Below the pieces are notes generated by a model. That model was not told where the DNA came from, did not search any database, and worked only from the letters and a program-made list of their open reading frames with translations. A DNA stretch of 64,000 nt. Source: Sphagnum compactum. Lineage: Eukaryota. The stretch lies in the NCBI GenBank assembly GCA_965153455.1, contig OZ234493.1, forward strand, positions 11,150,213 through 11,214,212, written 5' to 3'. The position numbers and the translations under genes were made by a program. Positions 62,781-64,000 of this stretch are shown piece by piece; position 1 is the first letter of the stretch, and each line of letters begins with the position of its first letter.

Positions 62781-64000
62781 GAGCCCACAAAATAGTATGA
62801 TTTGTAATTTGTAATTTTTGGGATTCACACTTGAAAGGTACAAAAATTCATGTCATTTTGATGTGATTTTATTCGCCATTTACAAAGTATATTATAGGAA
62901 AGAAAGTGATGATTCTTCACAAGTTCAAATCATATGAACATGTGTATCTAGTATTTCAAATGTGCACCATTTTTGCACTAATTGTCATCTTTTTCAATTT
63001 GTGTAAATTGATTTCACTTTGCATTCAAATTTGTGAGCTCCTCCTTGTCCAATCTCGAAACTTTCACCTCCTTTTTTTTTTGTGGGAGTTAGGGATTGTT
63101 CTTTGAGTTTGCCCTCCATTACAAAAAAATTTGGTCACCATAGGATTAGAGACCTGCCACCCACGAGGGTGCGCACCACGAAGAATGGATGGTAAGCTCT
63201 AGTTCCCTAGCTAAGAATGGTGGTTAGTTGCACTGCATACATACTGGGAACCTGGACTTTGGACATGGTCCAGAGTCCAGGACCTGTATATTCAGGTAGG
63301 ATATGGTCCAGGAGAAGAAAATGGCTGCTTTTCATTGGCCGGTCATAAAGATTGGCCCAAGAGGCAGAGTTTTATTTTGTCAAGTATGTGGACTGGTGAT
63401 CATCCCCAGCCCATAATAATTGGCCTGAGTGGCAGGGTTATTACTTATTACCCTGTTTGGCAAGTTAGAACTCGAGGTTCTTATTCTAGACTTCCAGTTC
63501 ATAAAAACCAAACCCCATTTGGATCTGATTTTGGGGAACCCTATAACTAAAACCAAATTTGTATGAGCTAACTTGACATCCTGTAAATTCTCCTTTATTT
63601 ATTTATTTCTTATTCATTAGTACATTTTTCGAATCTACGGTGTGTTCATCAATACATTTTTGCACTATGATTAAAAAATTAAAATTATTTTTTGAAAATT
63701 TAAAGAAAGAGCCAGACCTGGAAACTGAATCCTGGTTCCAATTACATATATAAACCAAATCTGGAACCAATATTTTTTAATTTCTTTTGAGAAAAAAACA
63801 CTAAAACTAAGGGCTAACCAACAGTCAGACTGTTGTTCCCCATGACTCAGACTGAAATGGTAGTAATTTTGCCAAAATACACAGCAAAGTGGTAGTACCA
63901 TTGTTTATTTAGTGTTGTTAATTGTTCCAGTAGCCCCACCAATAAACGTGCAAAATTGAACAGTTTCAGATGAGAGACTAACACCCAACAAATATGGGGT

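Noticed and set aside
1-64000. rRNA, tRNA or snRNA genes; organellar insertions
   Set aside because: None recognised by eye; tRNAscan-SE and Infernal were not run.

Overview
AT-rich plant nuclear DNA, most likely from a moss (inference: the PPR motif style and repeat content look Sphagnum-like). There are four apparently intact genes: a 3-exon CYP71-clan cytochrome P450, a multi-exon isoprenylcysteine methylesterase (ICME/PCME-like), a 12-exon FAD-dependent monooxygenase arranged head-to-head with ICME, and an intronless DUF679/DMP membrane protein. There are also two disrupted genes. The rest is nested transposon debris (a CACTA element with TIRs and a 3-bp TSD, plus hAT, pogo/DDE_1, Sola-like and copia remnants) and tandem repeats. 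The most striking item is a pseudogenised PLS-class PPR-E-DYW cytidine-deaminase gene (934-3382) with an N-terminal PDF motif, the ssDNA-binding module of plant OSB proteins. This suggests an RNA-editing factor family fused to a single-stranded-DNA-binding domain. Other unusual items are an inverted copy of the monooxygenase's own exon 1 just past its 3' end, a four-fold tandem duplication of its first splice donor, a stray ICME exon copy past the ICME 3' end, and a decayed intronless orphan ORF at 11.4-13.0 kb. No database searches were possible, so family assignments rest on recognised motifs.
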